This document shows, one piece after another, positions 1 to 13,446 of a DNA stretch of 64,000 bases (its first letter is position 1; each line of letters begins with the position of its first letter). The notes beneath the pieces are model-generated. The model was given only the letters and a program-made list of their open reading frames with translations, was not told where the DNA came from and ran no database searches. The position numbers and the translations under genes are program-made. The stretch comes from Scyliorhinus canicula (taxonomy: Eukaryota), in the NCBI RefSeq assembly GCF_902713615.1, contig NC_052172.1, positions 6,119,337 through 6,183,336 of the forward strand. Direction: 5' to 3'.

Positions 1-3000
1 GTAAGAAGGGATGGAGGCTAGAGCAGTTGCATACTCCTCCTGTAGGATGTGGGTTGTGAGGGATACCTCCGGTGTCCCCGCTGACTATACCTGCTGGAAG
101 TCCACCAAACTCCAGCCCCTCAGAGACCGTGTTAGGGAACTGGAGCTGGAGCTGGATGAACTTCGGATCATCCGGGAGGCAGGGGGGTTATCGAGAAGAG
201 TTAAGGGAGGTAGCCGCACCCAAGGTAGTGGACAAGAATAGCTGGGTTACAGTCAGGGGAAATAAAACCAACGGGCAGGCAGTGCAGGGATCCCTCGTGG
301 ACGTTCCCCTTCAAAACAAGTATACCGTTTTGGATGCTGTTGGGAGGGGGGGGGGGATGACCTACTGGTGGAAGGCCCTAGCGGCCAGGTCCCTGACAGT
401 GAGTCTGGCTCTGGGGCTCAGAAGGGAAGGGAGAAAATAGAAAAGCAATAGTAACAGGCGATTCAATGGTTAGGGGAATAGACAGGCGATTCTGTGGTTG
501 CGAGTGAGACTCCCGGAAGGTATGTTGCCTCCAGGGTGCCAGGGCCAGGGATGTCTCGGATCGTGTCTTCAGGATCCTGAAGGGGGAGGGTGAGCAGCCA
601 GAAGTCGTGGTGCACATTGGTACCAACGACGGAGGGAGGAAAAGGGGTGTGGAGGTAATAAACAAGTTTAGGGAGTTAGGCTGGAAGTTAAAGGACAGAA
701 CAGACAGAGTTGTCATCTCTGGTTTGTTGCCGGTACCACGTGATAACGAGGCTAGGACTAGGGAGATAGTGCAGTTGAACACGTGGCTGCAGGAATGGTG
801 TAGGAGGGAGTGCTTCAGGTATTTGGATAATTGGAGCGCATTCTGGGGAAGGTGGGACCTGTACAATCAGGACGGGTTGCATCTGAACCAGAGGGGCACC
901 AATATCCTGGGGGGGGGAGGTTTTCTAGTACTCTTCGGGAGGGTTTAAACTAATTTGGCGGGGAATGGGAACCGGATTTGTAGTCCAGCAACTAAGGAAG
1001 CCGATATTCAGGAAGCCAAAGCGTGTAGTGACACAGTGGGGAAGGTAACACTGACAAAGGAGAGTACATGCAGGCAAGGAGATGGGTTGAAGTGTGTATA
1101 CTTCAACGCAAGAAACATCAGGAATAAGGTGGGTGAACTTAAGGCATGGATCGGTACTTGGGACTACGATGTGGTGGCCATCACGGAAACTTGGATAGAA
1201 GAGGGGCAGAAATGGTTGTTGGATGTCCCTGGTTATAGGTGTTTCAACAAGATTAGGTAGGATGTTAAAAGAGGTTGGTGGTGGCATTGTTAATTCGTGA
1301 TAGTATAACAGCTGTAGAAAGGCAGTTCGAGGAGGATCTGCCTACTGAGGTAGTATGGGTTGAAGTCAGAAATAGGAAAGGAACAGTCACCTGGTTGGGA
1401 GTTTTCTATAGGCCCCCAATAGCAGCAGAGATGTGGAGGAACAGATTGGGAAACATATTTTGGAAAGGTGCAGAAGTCACAGGGTAGTAGTCATGGGTGA
1501 CTGCAATTTCCCAAACATTGAGTGGAAACTCTTTAGATCAAATAGTTTGGATGCGGTGGTGTTTGTGCAGTATGTCCAGGAAGCTTTTCTAACACAGTAT
1601 GTAGATTTTCCGACCAGAGGGGAGGCCATATTAGACATGGTACTTGGTAATGAACCAGGGCAGGTGATAGATTTGTTAGTGGGGGAGCATTTTGGAGGTA
1701 GTGACCACAATTCTGTGACTTTCACTTCAGTAATGGAGAGGGATAGGTGCGTGCAACAGGGTAAGGTTTAAAACAGGGGGAAGGGTAAATACAATGCTGT
1801 CAGACAGGAATGGAATTGCATAAGTTGGGAACACAGGCTGTCAGGGAAGGAAACAAGTGAAATGTGGAACTTGTTCAAGGAACAGGTACTACGTGTCTTT
1901 GATATGTATGTCCCTGTCAGGCAGGGAAGAGATGGTCAAGTGAGGGAACCATGGTTGAAAAGAGAGGTTGAATGTCTTGTTAAGAGGAAGAAGGAGACTT
2001 ATGTAAGGCTGAGGAAACAAGGTTCAGACAGGTGCTGAAGCGATACAAGATAGCCAGGATGGAACTGAAGAAAGGGATTAGGAGGGCAAAGAGAGGGCAT
2101 GAAAAATCTTTGGCGGGTAGAATCAAGGAAAACCTGAAGGCCTTTTACATATATATGAGAAATATGAGAATGACTAGAGCGATGGTAGGTCCGATCAAGG
2201 ACAATAGTGGGTGATTGTGTATTGAGTCTGAAGAGATGGGAGAGGTCTTGAACAAGTACCTTTCTTCAGTATTTACAAACGAGAGGGGCCATATTGTTGG
2301 AGAGGACAGTGTGAAACAGACTGGTAAGCTCGAGGCGATACTTGTTAGGAAGGAAGATGTGTTCGGCGTTTTGAAAAACTTGAGGAAAGACAAGTCCCCC
2401 GGGCCTGACTGGATATATCCAAGGATTCTATGGGAAGCAAGAAATGAAAGTGCAGAGCGGTTGGCAATGATCTTTTCGTCCTCACTGTCAACAGGGGTGG
2501 TTGCAGGGGATTGAAGAGTGGAGAATGTCGTGCCCCTGTTCAAAAAAGGGAATAGGGATAACCCTGGGAATTACAGGCCAGTTAGTGTTACTTCGGTGGT
2601 AGGCAAAGTAATGGAAAGCGTACTGAGGGATAGGATTTCTGAGCATCTGGAAAGACTGCTTGATTAGGGATGGTCAGCACGGATTTGCGAGGGGTAGGTC
2701 TTGCCGTACAAGTCTTATTGACTTCTTTGAGGAGGTGACCAAGCTTGTGGATAAAAGTAAAGCAGTGGATATAGTGTACATGGATTTTAGTAAGGCATTT
2801 GATAAGGTTCCCCATGGTAGTATTATGAAGAAAGTAAGGAGGGATGGGATAGTGGGAAATTTGGCCAGTTGGATAACGAACTGGCTAACCAATAGAAGTC
2901 AGAGTGGTGGTGGATGGCAAATATTCAGCCCGGAGCCCAGTTACCAGTGGCGTACCGCAGGGATCAATTGTGGGTCCTCTGCTGTTTGTGATTTTCATTA

Positions 3001-4180
3001 ATGATTTGGATGAGGGAGTTGAATGGTGGGTCAGTAAATTTGCAGATGATACGAAGATCGGTGGAGTTGTGGATAGTGAGGAGGGCTGTTGTCGGCTGCA
3101 AAGAGACATAGCTAGAATGCAGAGCTGGGCAGAGAAGTGGCAGATGGAGTTTACCCCTGAAAAGTGTGAGGTTGTCCATTTTGGAAGGACAAATATGAAT
3201 GCGGAATACAGGGTTAAAGGTAGGGGTCTGGGCAATGTAGAGGCGCAGAGAGATCTTGGGATCTATGTTCATAGATCTTTGAAAGCTGCCATTCAAGTGG
3301 ATAGAGCTGTGAAGAAAGCCGATGGTGTGCTAGCACTCATTGACAGAGGGATTGAGTTTAAGAGCCGTGAGGAGATGATGCAGCTGTACAAAACCTTGGT
3401 AAGGCCATATTTGGAGTACTGTGTGCAGTTCTGGTCACCTCATTTTAGGAAGGATGTGGAAGGTTTGGAAAAGGTGCAAAGGAGATTTACAAGGATGTTG
3501 CCTGGAATGGAGAGTATGTCTTAAGAGGAAAGGTTGAGGGTGCTAGGCCTTTTCTCATTAGAACGGAGAAGGATGTGGGGCGACTTGATAGAGGTTTATA
3601 AGATCATCAGGGCAATAGATAGAGTAGCCAGTCATAGACTTTTTCCCCGGGTGGAACACACCATTACAAGGGGACATAAATTTAAGGTGAATGTTGGAAG
3701 ATATAGTGGGGATGTCAGAGGTAGGTTCTTTACGCAGAGAGTAGTTGGGGCATGGAATGCACTTCCTGTGGAAGTAGTTGAGTCGGAAACATTAGGGACC
3801 TTCAGGCGACTTTTGGATAGGTACATGGATTATGGTAGAATAATGGAGTGTAGATTAATTTGTTCTAAGGGCAGCACGGTACCATTGTGGATACCACAAT
3901 TGCTTCACAGCTCCAGGGTTGCAGGTTCGATTCCCGGCTGGGTCACTATCTGTGTGGAGTCTGCACATCCTCCCCGTGTGTGCGTGGGTTTCTTCCGGGT
4001 GCTCCGTTTTCCTCCCACTGTCCAAAGATATGCAGGTTGGGTGCATTGGCCATATAAGTTGCCCTTAGATTAGCATAGAATTTTGGACACTATGATTTAA
4101 CTCGAACAAACGTTTGGCACAACATCGTGGGCCGTAGTGCCTGTTCTGTGCTGTATATCTCTATCTTCTATGTTCTATCT
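1..4180 (+). mobile_element. CR1-clade LINE, near full length but decayed (ORF1 SGNH esterase, APE endonuclease, RT, 3' tail); SINE inserted in 3' UTR
   Basis: ORF1 GDSMVRG/VVHIGTND/DGLHLN esterase motifs (about 450-950); EN motifs VVAITETW, VVMGDCNFP, GSDHNSV; RT motifs QHGF, VYMDFSKAFDKVPH, GVPQGSIVGPLLF, FADDTK; many stops and frameshifts; ttctatgttctat tail near 4165-4180. Confidence 0.95.
3868..4070 (+). mobile_element. tRNA-derived SINE (elasmobranch HE1-like)
   Basis: B-box ggttcgattcc, then gggtcact..tgtgtggagt..gcac..ctccccgtg body repeated many times in the window. Confidence 0.8.
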
Positions 4181-4330
4181 AGACAAGTGAACATGTTATC
4201 GACAATAAAAAGAGAAAGATTATAATGTAAATGACTGATTCGATTAAGAAGCGATGGTAAAGGCGAAAGGGAAAGTTATCAAGGATGTTACCTGAACTGC
4301 GGGGCTATAACTAACAGGAAAGTGTTCACG

Positions 4331-6243
4331 TGTCCATCTGGCGTGTAACGAACAATTGGTTTGTAAAATTCCGAATATATTCCACCTCCAGATCCAGGTG
4401 TCTCCCAAGTGACAACAAGCAGAACTAAATGAAAGCACTCAGCCGGTTCGGGGATATCTGTGGAAAGAGACGCCGAGCTCACGGTTCACATCATTGATCT
4501 TGCATCAGAAGTGGGCAAAGTTGTAGATGGAATAGGTCAGTGCATTGGGGACGTGGGCAAGGGACGAAAAGGAAGGGCTGTAATCAGGTGTGGAAGGCAG
4601 GTGAGATTAAATGTCATTCAAGAGAGGGAGCAAGAAAATAATAAAAGAATAAACAAAGAAATAAGCGTCATAATTCAGAAGATAGGCTTTTATGAATTGA
4701 ACTGGGAGCTCAGGAGAAACTACTTTAACCAAGGATTACGTTTAACCTTTCACCTGCCGAAATTGGATTGAGGTGAGTCGAGTACTTGTAATAATAATAA
4801 TCTTTGTATTGTCACAAGTAGGCTTACATTAACACTGCAACAAAGTTACTGTGAAAAGCCCCTAGTCGCCACACCCCGGCGCCTTTTTGGTTCAGGTACA
4901 CAGGGGAGAAATCGGAATTTTCAGCCGGTACGGGAATTGCGCCCGCGCAGCTGGCCCTGTTTCTGCATCTCAGACCAGCTGTCCAGCCCACTGAGCTAAC
5001 CCAGCCTTTTCCAGGGACGAGCTCCATAAAGACCTGAGGAAGAGATGGGTGGAAGGTTATGCCGATGGGAGGGAACTTTACTGAGGTAGAAATTCAGTGA
5101 ACAGAGGGAGCTGACGCCCAGGTGTAGGAAATTTGACTCGTAGCAAAAGAAATAATTGAGGGACAAAAGGAGAATGCTACGAAAACTCAACAGGTTTGGC
5201 AACATCTGTTGGGCGTAAAAACAGTGTTCACTTTCCGAGTCTGTTCCAGTCTTCATCGGAAATCATTGAGGAAAATGTGAGAAACGTAAGAAAGTGACAC
5301 AGCTGTTGTTGGGAGTGAGAACCACATATTCACTACCTTGGGCGTGATGAGGTTATACAATTTATTTCATGGGAGGTGGACATCGCTGACAAAGTCAGGA
5401 TTTGTAGTCATCCCTATGTGCCCTTCAAATGAGCGGCTTCCTCGACAGGTCACCACAATGCAGCATCATTTAAGGTCGAATGTACTGAACACATCTGGGG
5501 AGACCGAATCCGAGCTAAACTGTTCAGAGACAACAAGTTTGCAGCAAAGGGTGGGTGGGGAAAGAGACACAAGGAAGACAATTTATTGTGTGAAAGACAA
5601 GGGAGATTAAACGACAGAAGGTCTAAAGGGAAAGAAGAGGGCACAAGTCGATAAATGAAAAAACAAGATATGTGTCTCGAAAACCCGAACACTGGAAAGA
5701 GAAGCAATCAAAATGTGTCCCAATGTAATTGAAAGCAAGTTGGAGAATAACTCCCCGATTTCCGAATAGTCATTTGACAGCTTCACAGAACTAAGTTCAA
5801 CAAGTTCAGAGTGGGGTTTGTGTCGCGTGTTTCGTTCCCTTTTCATTGCATGTTTTGCTTTTCTTTCAGGGATTTTTCTTTTCCAATAGGAGCAGCAGAT
5901 ATTCTCCGCACATTTGTTTCTTTATTTAATTTCTTTCTCCCTCTCTTTGACCCTGAATGACATTTAATCTCAACGGCCTTCGACACCTGATTACAGCCCT
6001 TCCTTTTCGTCCCTTGCCCACCTCCCCAGTGCGCTGACCTATTCCATGTACAACTTTGCCCACTTCTGATGCAAGATCAATGATGAGAACCGTGCGATCA
6101 GTTTCTCTTTCCACAGATACTCCCTAACCTGCTGAACGCTTTTATTTAGTTCTGCTTGTTGTTACTTGGGAGACACCTGGATCTGGAGGTGGAATGTATT
6201 CGGAATTATACAAATAAATTGTTCATTACACGCCAGATGGACA
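4331..6243. repeat. Long inverted repeat: arms about 4331-4660 and 5915-6243, spacer about 1.25 kb
   Basis: tgtccatctggcgtgtaa...ccagatccaggtgtctcccaagt...gatcttgcatcagaagtgggcaaagttgta...gagattaaatgtcattca recurs reverse-complemented; roughly 90% identical by eye. Confidence 0.9.
4795..5006 (-). mobile_element. tRNA-derived SINE, second family with (ATT)n tail
   Basis: ataataatc..gtcacaagtaggcttacattaacactgca..ccctagtcgccac block also at 50375-50690, 58750-58930, 62110-62215. Confidence 0.7.
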
Positions 6244-6764
6244 AAATGAATACCTTCAACCGGAAGGAAAAATTGGAAGAAAGAATGGAGCACTGAATGA
6301 ATGAATAAATTAAAACAGAATGAACAGAAAGAGAATAAAACAAGACTTGCATTTCGTCCACTACCCGTGTATTCTTTCTCTAGAAGTTGAAGAGGAGCTG
6401 GTCTTTGACATGGACACACTGTAGTGCCTGAAACATGTTTAGATGGTTCAGGATAAGGCCATTCAAACCCTCTCGAGCCTTCTACAAAGGAACACGGTGA
6501 GGCCATGCGGTCCCTCTCGAGTCTGCCCTCTCGAGTCTGTGAGAGAAAGTGACCATGCTGCTCTACTGAACCCTGATACATAGAGACAGGAGGGAACAGT
6601 CCAGCCCTTCCCAATACTGTTAAACGGAAGGCGAAAGTGATTGATCCAATCTGGGGTCTGTTACGCGAGAGGAGGAAAAGGCCATATGTCCTCTCCAGCT
6701 GGTTGCATAGGAACAGAAAGAGCCCACTGAGCCCCATAGAATCTGCTAAATATACGATCCTAAG

Positions 6765-7140
6765 TAGTAGGAGCAGGAATAGACCATTTGGTCGTCGAAT
6801 CTGCTCCGTCATTGAATGAGATCATGGCGGATCTGAAGTGATAATTCTGAATTCCACTACCCGCCTTACTCCCATCACCATTGTTTAACTTACTGATTAT
6901 ACATCTCTCTATCCCAGACTTGAACATAGTTAATGGCCCAGGACCGAGAGCCCTCGGTAAATAATTCTATTGATTCATTACCCCATGAGAGAGGAAATTC
7001 CTCTCATATCTGTGTTAAGTGGGCGACCTTTTACTCTGAGATTAGAAGCTCTGATTCCAGGCATTCCCACAGGAGGAAACGACATCTCACCATTTCCCTG
7101 TCAAACTCTCTGGCAATCCCATATGTTTCAATATTAAGTA
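6765..7140 (-). mobile_element. CR1 LINE 3' fragment
   Basis: Reverse complement of the CR1 RT C-terminal/3' UTR region seen in the other CR1 copies. Confidence 0.7.
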
Positions 7141-7386
7141 ATGCAGACAACCCAGATATTATTAAACCCTAACCCCAATACCCTTCTGGTTAATTGGGAG
7201 TTGTGTTTAATTGTATCTAAGTAGCAAATTTAATCGGATTAAATCCGAATGGTTGCAACGGGCGTATCCAAATCAACCTCATTACCACATCTTTAGGGTC
7301 AATGATTTGAAAGTATCTGATTGGTTCCTCATCAGACTCTACGCTCCTCAGTTCTCCCCTTTCGTTATTGAAGCGGCAATCAAAAG

Positions 7387-7900
7387 ATATATCTGTTACT
7401 GAGTCTGGTGATTTTGTTTCACTGTAAGAGTATTTATTTAAGCTTTTGTCCTTACACCCTCCCACCCCATCCCTTTTCTTCTTTATATTTCTTTTATCTC
7501 TCTCTGACTTTTTCTCTCTTTTTTTTAGCGCTCCCGTCCCTTCATTACTCTTCCGCATTCCCCACTATCGGAATCGCTCTGCTTACTGACTTCCTTCTCT
7601 CCCAGGTAAGAACCCACAAAGTTTCCTCCAGTTTCCAACTGCTGTTGCCAAATGTCCCGACGTCGGAGCGGTTGTGAGGTGCACTGTGGAGGGCACCAGT
7701 ACTGGGAGGAGGTTCTGGTACAAAAAACACCCAGGGGAGGAACCGTGGCTCATGTTTTATTCCACAGATACACATGGTGTGTGTCCAAAGGCGATGGTGG
7801 ATAGTTTCAGCTCCGAGACACCGAGTGGCTCCGAATTCAAAGTGGAGTCCCCCACACTGCGGGCGAATCACTCCACGTGTATTACTGCGCCTGGAGTATT
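7387..7900 (+). pseudogene. TRBV: TCR beta V pseudogene, TRBV30-like CAWS family
   Basis: Leader 7387-7423 with ATG>ATA (IYLLLSLVILFH|gtaag); V exon 7606-7900 VRCTVEG...FWYKKHPG...; 1-nt deletion near 7877 frameshifts YYCAWS. Confidence 0.85.
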
Positions 7901-7939
7901 CACAGTGACTCGGAGAGATGGAGCAGTTCAACAAAATCC
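7901..7939 (+). other. 23-RSS
   Basis: cacagtg + 23 nt + acaaaatcc. Confidence 0.9.
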
Positions 7940-10126
7940 CTAAAGGCAGCAGGAAACAGCTGTGAATGAAATAAAAAAAATGAAATCGCGCAGAATAAGT
8001 GTGGGCTTATTTTTCAGAGTGCTTTTGACAAGAAGGGACTGGAAACTACAGATTAGAGGAAAGTTTGAAAAAAAGAAGTGAAGGGATGAATGGATGAGAA
8101 ATAAATCACACGGAAAAATAGAATGTGAGAAACCAAGTAGGAACAATAGAAAGAAGGAACGCGTGCAGAGGAGGGTTCCTGGAATGTTACCAGCGATATC
8201 GATTAACTGGGTAGACAGGAGAAGATGGAATTATTCTGCTTAAAGCAAGCGGGGATTGATCAGAATGGCAGTAGCGGTAAGCAGCTTTAGGTACATGGAC
8301 ACACTAGAGAAACTGGGGTTGACTTTCCCAACGCAGGGAAGACACAGGAGCCAGAGGCAATTACAATTCGGAAGCTTTATTTCAGGCAAGGGGCTGTTTT
8401 GGTGTAAAATCCCCAGTTTGAAATTAGTTAGAACGTTTCGAGTTGTAGTAGATATTTAGTGAAGCAGGAACTCTTCCAGAAAATACCAAGGGAGAATGGG
8501 TAACTCGGGAGCGATGGGCCGCATGAACTCCTCTTTTCCTTAAAACGATGGGGGAACCACCATTAAATCACCCAGCACCGGCCATAATTCCATATGGAGG
8601 GTCGAATTATTTCAATCCTAGAGGCTAAGCCATGCCGAGTTTAGACTGGAGCTTACCAGAGTATCCCAATGGCACACTGCCGAATACAATTGCACCTGCA
8701 CCTGAGCACGGCTGACGGAAACCCCGGTTTTCTTGGTATGAAATTCCCCAAATCTCTCACAAACCCCCGAGCAGTCGATCGCAGCTGTCAGAGGGCGGCG
8801 CTGTTGTACTTCAACACCCCGAACAAGTCAAAACGCACGCCAACTACTCATTCAACCCTCATCAATTGGGATGATGCTTAATTGGTCGATTTACTTAATG
8901 TCCACATTAAAGCGAGGGATTGATACCACTGCGTCCAGGACCAACGTCTAACTTTAGAATTGGAACCAAAACTTGACCGGTAAGTTTTTTAAAACTTTGG
9001 TTTAAAACTTTGTTTCTCAAACTGTCTCTTTCTGTCTCCCTTCGTTGCGTTGGGTGGTTTTGTCTCTCCCCCCTTCGCTCTCTCTGTCTCTCTCTCTCAT
9101 ATACAGCTCATAATTTTCCTTTATCTCCGTCTAGCCCCTTTCCACATTCTCTCTCTTTCTCGCCCTGCCTACCTGTTTCTCTGTCTCTCATGTGTCGGAT
9201 TCTCCCTCTGTCTCTTTCTCTTAATCTTCCCTCTCGCTGACGTGTTTTTCTCTGAATCACTTTCTGTCAGCGTCTTTTGGACAAGATCAACCTCTCATTC
9301 GCTGCTTCTCTCTTCCTGTCTCTCATCTAAATTTCTCTCTCTGCCTTTATGTGTGCGCCCTGTGATCACTCTGGTCTGTTTCGGTCTATGATATTGTTGG
9401 CACTCTGTCGTCGGGGAAAGCTGTGGAACCAATATAAACCCAGCGACAGGGTGTGAGAAATTTTGCGACCGGCCCCTGCAAGTGCTCACTGAAAATAACG
9501 TTCCCGTTCCTTTTAGCTGTCGTTCTAACAGTGGCCGCCGCGGCGCTATCGCTCCCTATGTAACGGAGAAAGAATCTCAAAGCAATTAAAGGTCAGTTTA
9601 CAAAAAAGGCCTGGACCTTAATCGGATAAAATGTTCCACGTTTCTTGGTTTTCCATAATCCTGCTCTGTAATTCTTGTATGTATGAGATGTCAGATACAA
9701 ATCTTCCCAGTCCGCAACTCAGCTGTTTCTTGACGACGCTAACTGCCCATATTGATCACATTGCACACATTTATAATGTATAATGAAGCAAACACAAATA
9801 ACTTACTGTTCATTAATCCGCTCAGCAGTTATATTTCCAGCAGAGCACCATCTGAACCAAACCTAATTTTCCTCTTTGACAACCGGTGAGGTCTGATTTG
9901 CATCTAACCTTCCCAGTGTGGCGCATTTTATTTTTTTTTCTGGTGAATGCATCCAATTACTAATTGGATTCATTCAGAAGACCAAATATAAAATTCAATG
10001 CAGCAATGTTACTGGAGAACACCAATGCACTTATATATCTTTCTCTCTCTCCTATCTCTGCCCCCTCCTCCCGCCATCGATTGGCTCCTGTTTGACCTGC
10101 TTCTCCTGTTTTAATCACCTTTCTAG

Positions 10127-10425
10127 ATGTTAGCTCGAAGAATTTAGTCGTCCAGTCTCCGCCGGCAATGGTTGTGTCTCCAGGGCAGGGAGCTGCGCTC
10201 AATTGCAGCATCGGGCAGGGCAAGATGGCCGACTATTGGCTACTTTGGTGGATCCAGATCGGCGACAAAATGGGATGGATCAGATTCGGGGTATTGCCTG
10301 GATCTGGGAGCAGTAAACGGACGGAGGTCAAGCACGACGCTCTGGACAACCAATTCACTCTTAACCTGAAAGACTCCTAGGTCGAAGACAGTGGCACCTA
10401 TTACTGCTTGGCGCACAGAGATGCA
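10127..10425 (+). pseudogene. Ig-like V pseudogene (LAHRD family), in-frame stop
   Basis: Acceptor ttctag|10127; VVQSPPAMVVSPGQGAALNC...YWLLWWIQ...NQFTLNLKDS*VEDSGTYYCLAHRD; TAG at 10378-10380; leader not confidently located (possible decayed leader about 9494-9560). Confidence 0.85.
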
Positions 10426-10464
10426 CACAGTGTTGCAAGAATGCCGTTGGCTCTGACAAATATC
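10426..10464 (+). other. 23-RSS
   Basis: cacagtg + 23 nt + acaaatatc. Confidence 0.85.
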
Positions 10465-11759
10465 CGCGTCGCTGGAAGGCATCAACCTCAGTGACTGGAG
10501 AGAGGGCAGCGAACACAGTGGATTAGCAATTTCGGAGAAAATGAAAAATATCAATGACAGTAGTACTTTCAGAGAGATGGAGGACGGGTCTGCATAACAG
10601 AGAAACAAATGTAGCAATGGAGGCGACGGTTGGAATCCAGAGGTTGGGAGATCTTTTCTTCTATTTCCGATATAAACCATGTTACTATGGGCAAGAGGAC
10701 AAGGCGGTAGGGGATCTCTCTGGTCACACTAACTGATTGGTCAGGAGCAGAACTGTCCTCTGCTTCGGAAGTGCTGGGCAGAATAACATTCCCAAAGACA
10801 ATGGATGACATTAATTTATTCGCAAAGCATTTACTGCTGATGTTTTAGAATGCAAAAAAAACCCATTCGTCTCATTGGAAACAGCTTTATCTAAGTTAAC
10901 AAGCCGTTTAATTAAGTAGAGATTTACTGCCAGATGTCATGCATGATTTAATCCTACTGCTTCGAAACATTGATTTCAATCAGAGTTTACATGGCTTCTT
11001 TCACACGCCATTACTGACGCCATCCTTCAGCAAGAATGACTGGTCTCACCTTAATTAGATTTCGAGCATTGTGGAGATTCATAACTTCCAAAATTGGTAG
11101 CTACATGCTGTACTGCTCCGAGCAACGATCCTGTAACCTCCGACAGGTTCCTCGATGTTCCTGACAATTCTGTAAGATTACTATGAATTGGTTTATCTCA
11201 CTGGGTGAATTAATGGTGTTGATTTCAATGGTATCAACTCAAGCCCAGATTGTTTCAGAATGAACATTCCGAAAGAATTAAACAGGAGGGTAACACCACC
11301 AGGAAGTAGAAAAGGGAAAAGTGTTTAATAAGTGAGTGTTGGACTGTGCTAGAGAAGAAGGTAATACCTCATTCAACAGCGGAAGACTAAGAAGTAATCC
11401 AAGGACAGAAAGTACTGGCTTAGAGTGCGTTTATTTCATCAAAGCTTGTTGATTATGTTCCGAATCGACAAGAACAAATTACTATGAGGGAATGTAGTTT
11501 AGTAACAATAAGCTGGGGAAAATATACTTGTTGGATATGAGAATGAAGGGAGGGATTGCGACTGATTGGATAGCTCACAGAGATCTGTCTTACAATCAAT
11601 TGGCGGAATTTCCTTCTCCTGAGCTATATTGAACCCATGATTCTAAACTGATTGTCATTTAGAAGTGAGGAGATTGGGCGGAGGTATTCATGAGTTTGTG
11701 TGATCAGAAATTGAACTGGACTAGCATACTGTGGCTACAAGATCAGGGCAAAGGCTAGA

Positions 11760-12150
11760 AATTCGAGGGAGAGCATCTCACCAAAACCTGTCCGCCAACT
11801 ATGATGCACAAAAGAGAAGTGGGAAGGATTTCTCACCACTTGTCTGAATGAATGCAGTTCCAACAGCACTCAGAAGGCTCGGCTCCATCGCCGGCAAAGA
11901 TGGCCCCCTTGACTGGCCCCCCATCCATCTTCTTGAATATCTACTCCCTCCACTACTGGCACATAGTGGCAGCCTTGCGTACCAACTACAAGAGGCACTG
12001 AAGCAACTCGCCATGGCTCTACATCGCATTCTAAACCCATGGACTGTAAGTTCCCCTCCAAGTCGCACATCATCCTGATTTGTAAGTATCTTACCTTCCC
12101 TTCACTATTGCTGGATCAAAGTCCTGGAACACCCTCGCCAACACAAATGC
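11760..12150 (+). mobile_element. Decayed non-LTR retrotransposon 3' fragment (CR1/L2 group)
   Basis: Translates to residual RT C-terminal sequence (MNAVPTALRRLGSI...); typical gtaagttcccctccaag...tcctggaac 3' region. Confidence 0.45.
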
Positions 12151-13446
12151 TGAAATTAGAATTTTAAACACACAGCATAGGACAGTGAGTATCCATCTCT
12201 CTCCTTCACCAACCATACATAATGAATGCTTGTGGAAGAATTCCAAAGTAATTGGTCCATCAAATAATACTTAACAATAATAATAATCTTTATTGTCACA
12301 AGCAGGCGACATTAACACTTCAATGAAGCTATTGTTACATGGATCACTGATGAGAAAACCCAGTGAATTACGGGGAGCTGTGGCATACCTAGGTGGTCAT
12401 AGAATAAGTGAATGAACCCTCAACGTCTTGTAATGTTCAAGGAAACTCTGAGATAAAAGTAAGAACAAGTATTTATAAAATTTCCTTTTGATTTATTACT
12501 GCTCAATTTGTTTAATATTTGTGCCTCGTTCTTTCACTGAGAGTGTACCAACATCATATGGACTGCAGCTGTTCGAGAAGGCAACTGAACACTACTGAAG
12601 GCAATACATTCTGGACTGGCCAGCGATGCGCAGTTTCTGTGAGTAATCAAAAAGGAACTTTTGGAAGGAATTAAGAAGCAAACCCTGCAACATCTGCCGG
12701 GATGGCCAAATACACCATCGAGTTGTTTGGGAAAAATGGAGGATGGATTAACAAACAGTGGAAATAGGGACATGGGGTAACACATCAAGTTATCGATTAG
12801 GTTCATTATTGAGCTAATTAATATCAGTTATCTTTCATCCCCCCGGAAATTAGTGGTGATTCAGATTAAATGCGTGTGGCAGATCTTCCCTGAGCGTCCA
12901 GAGCGGCGCAAGGGAAATCCTGCCATTTCCTCGGTGCATTACCCTCACCGAGCTGAGCGCTGCCATCTGTCCTGGGTAACATCTCAGCTTTCTGCGGGCG
13001 ATCTGAATCCGGGGAAGACCCGGATTTGCCCAGTTAATCGGATCGGGCCTCCGCCTTAGAAATTACGCTGGTTTCCCAACAGTTATACAACCAGAGGGCT
13101 GAATTCGCATTGGAAAGATTAAATTCCGTCCAAATTCACACACACACTCACAACTTTAATAATCTCCTCTCCGCTGTAACTCTCTGTCACAGACACTTTC
13201 CACCTTGGTGCTAAAATTGTTAATTGTCTCCCTTTCTATCTTGATTTCTTTCCACTTTCACTTCCTGTCGGAGGGAGCCGTGATTTACTGTTTTTTTGCC
13301 ACTCTCAATGAAGTTTCACAGGCTCTGAGTGCCGATCAGTTTCAGCTGCGATTCCATTTAGCTGAACCGGTTGGGTAAATTACCCACACAAATATTGAAT
13401 TTAGAATTTCAAACACACAGAGTAGGACAGTGAACAAATAAACCCT

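Noticed and set aside
378-3826. Minus-strand ORFs over the first CR1
   Set aside because: Antisense shadows of LINE coding sequence
6380-6640. Possible decayed V exon (C..WFR..QYC in one frame) and minus ORF 6162-6812
   Set aside because: C-W spacing of only 8 residues, several stops, no RSS; ORF is low-complexity
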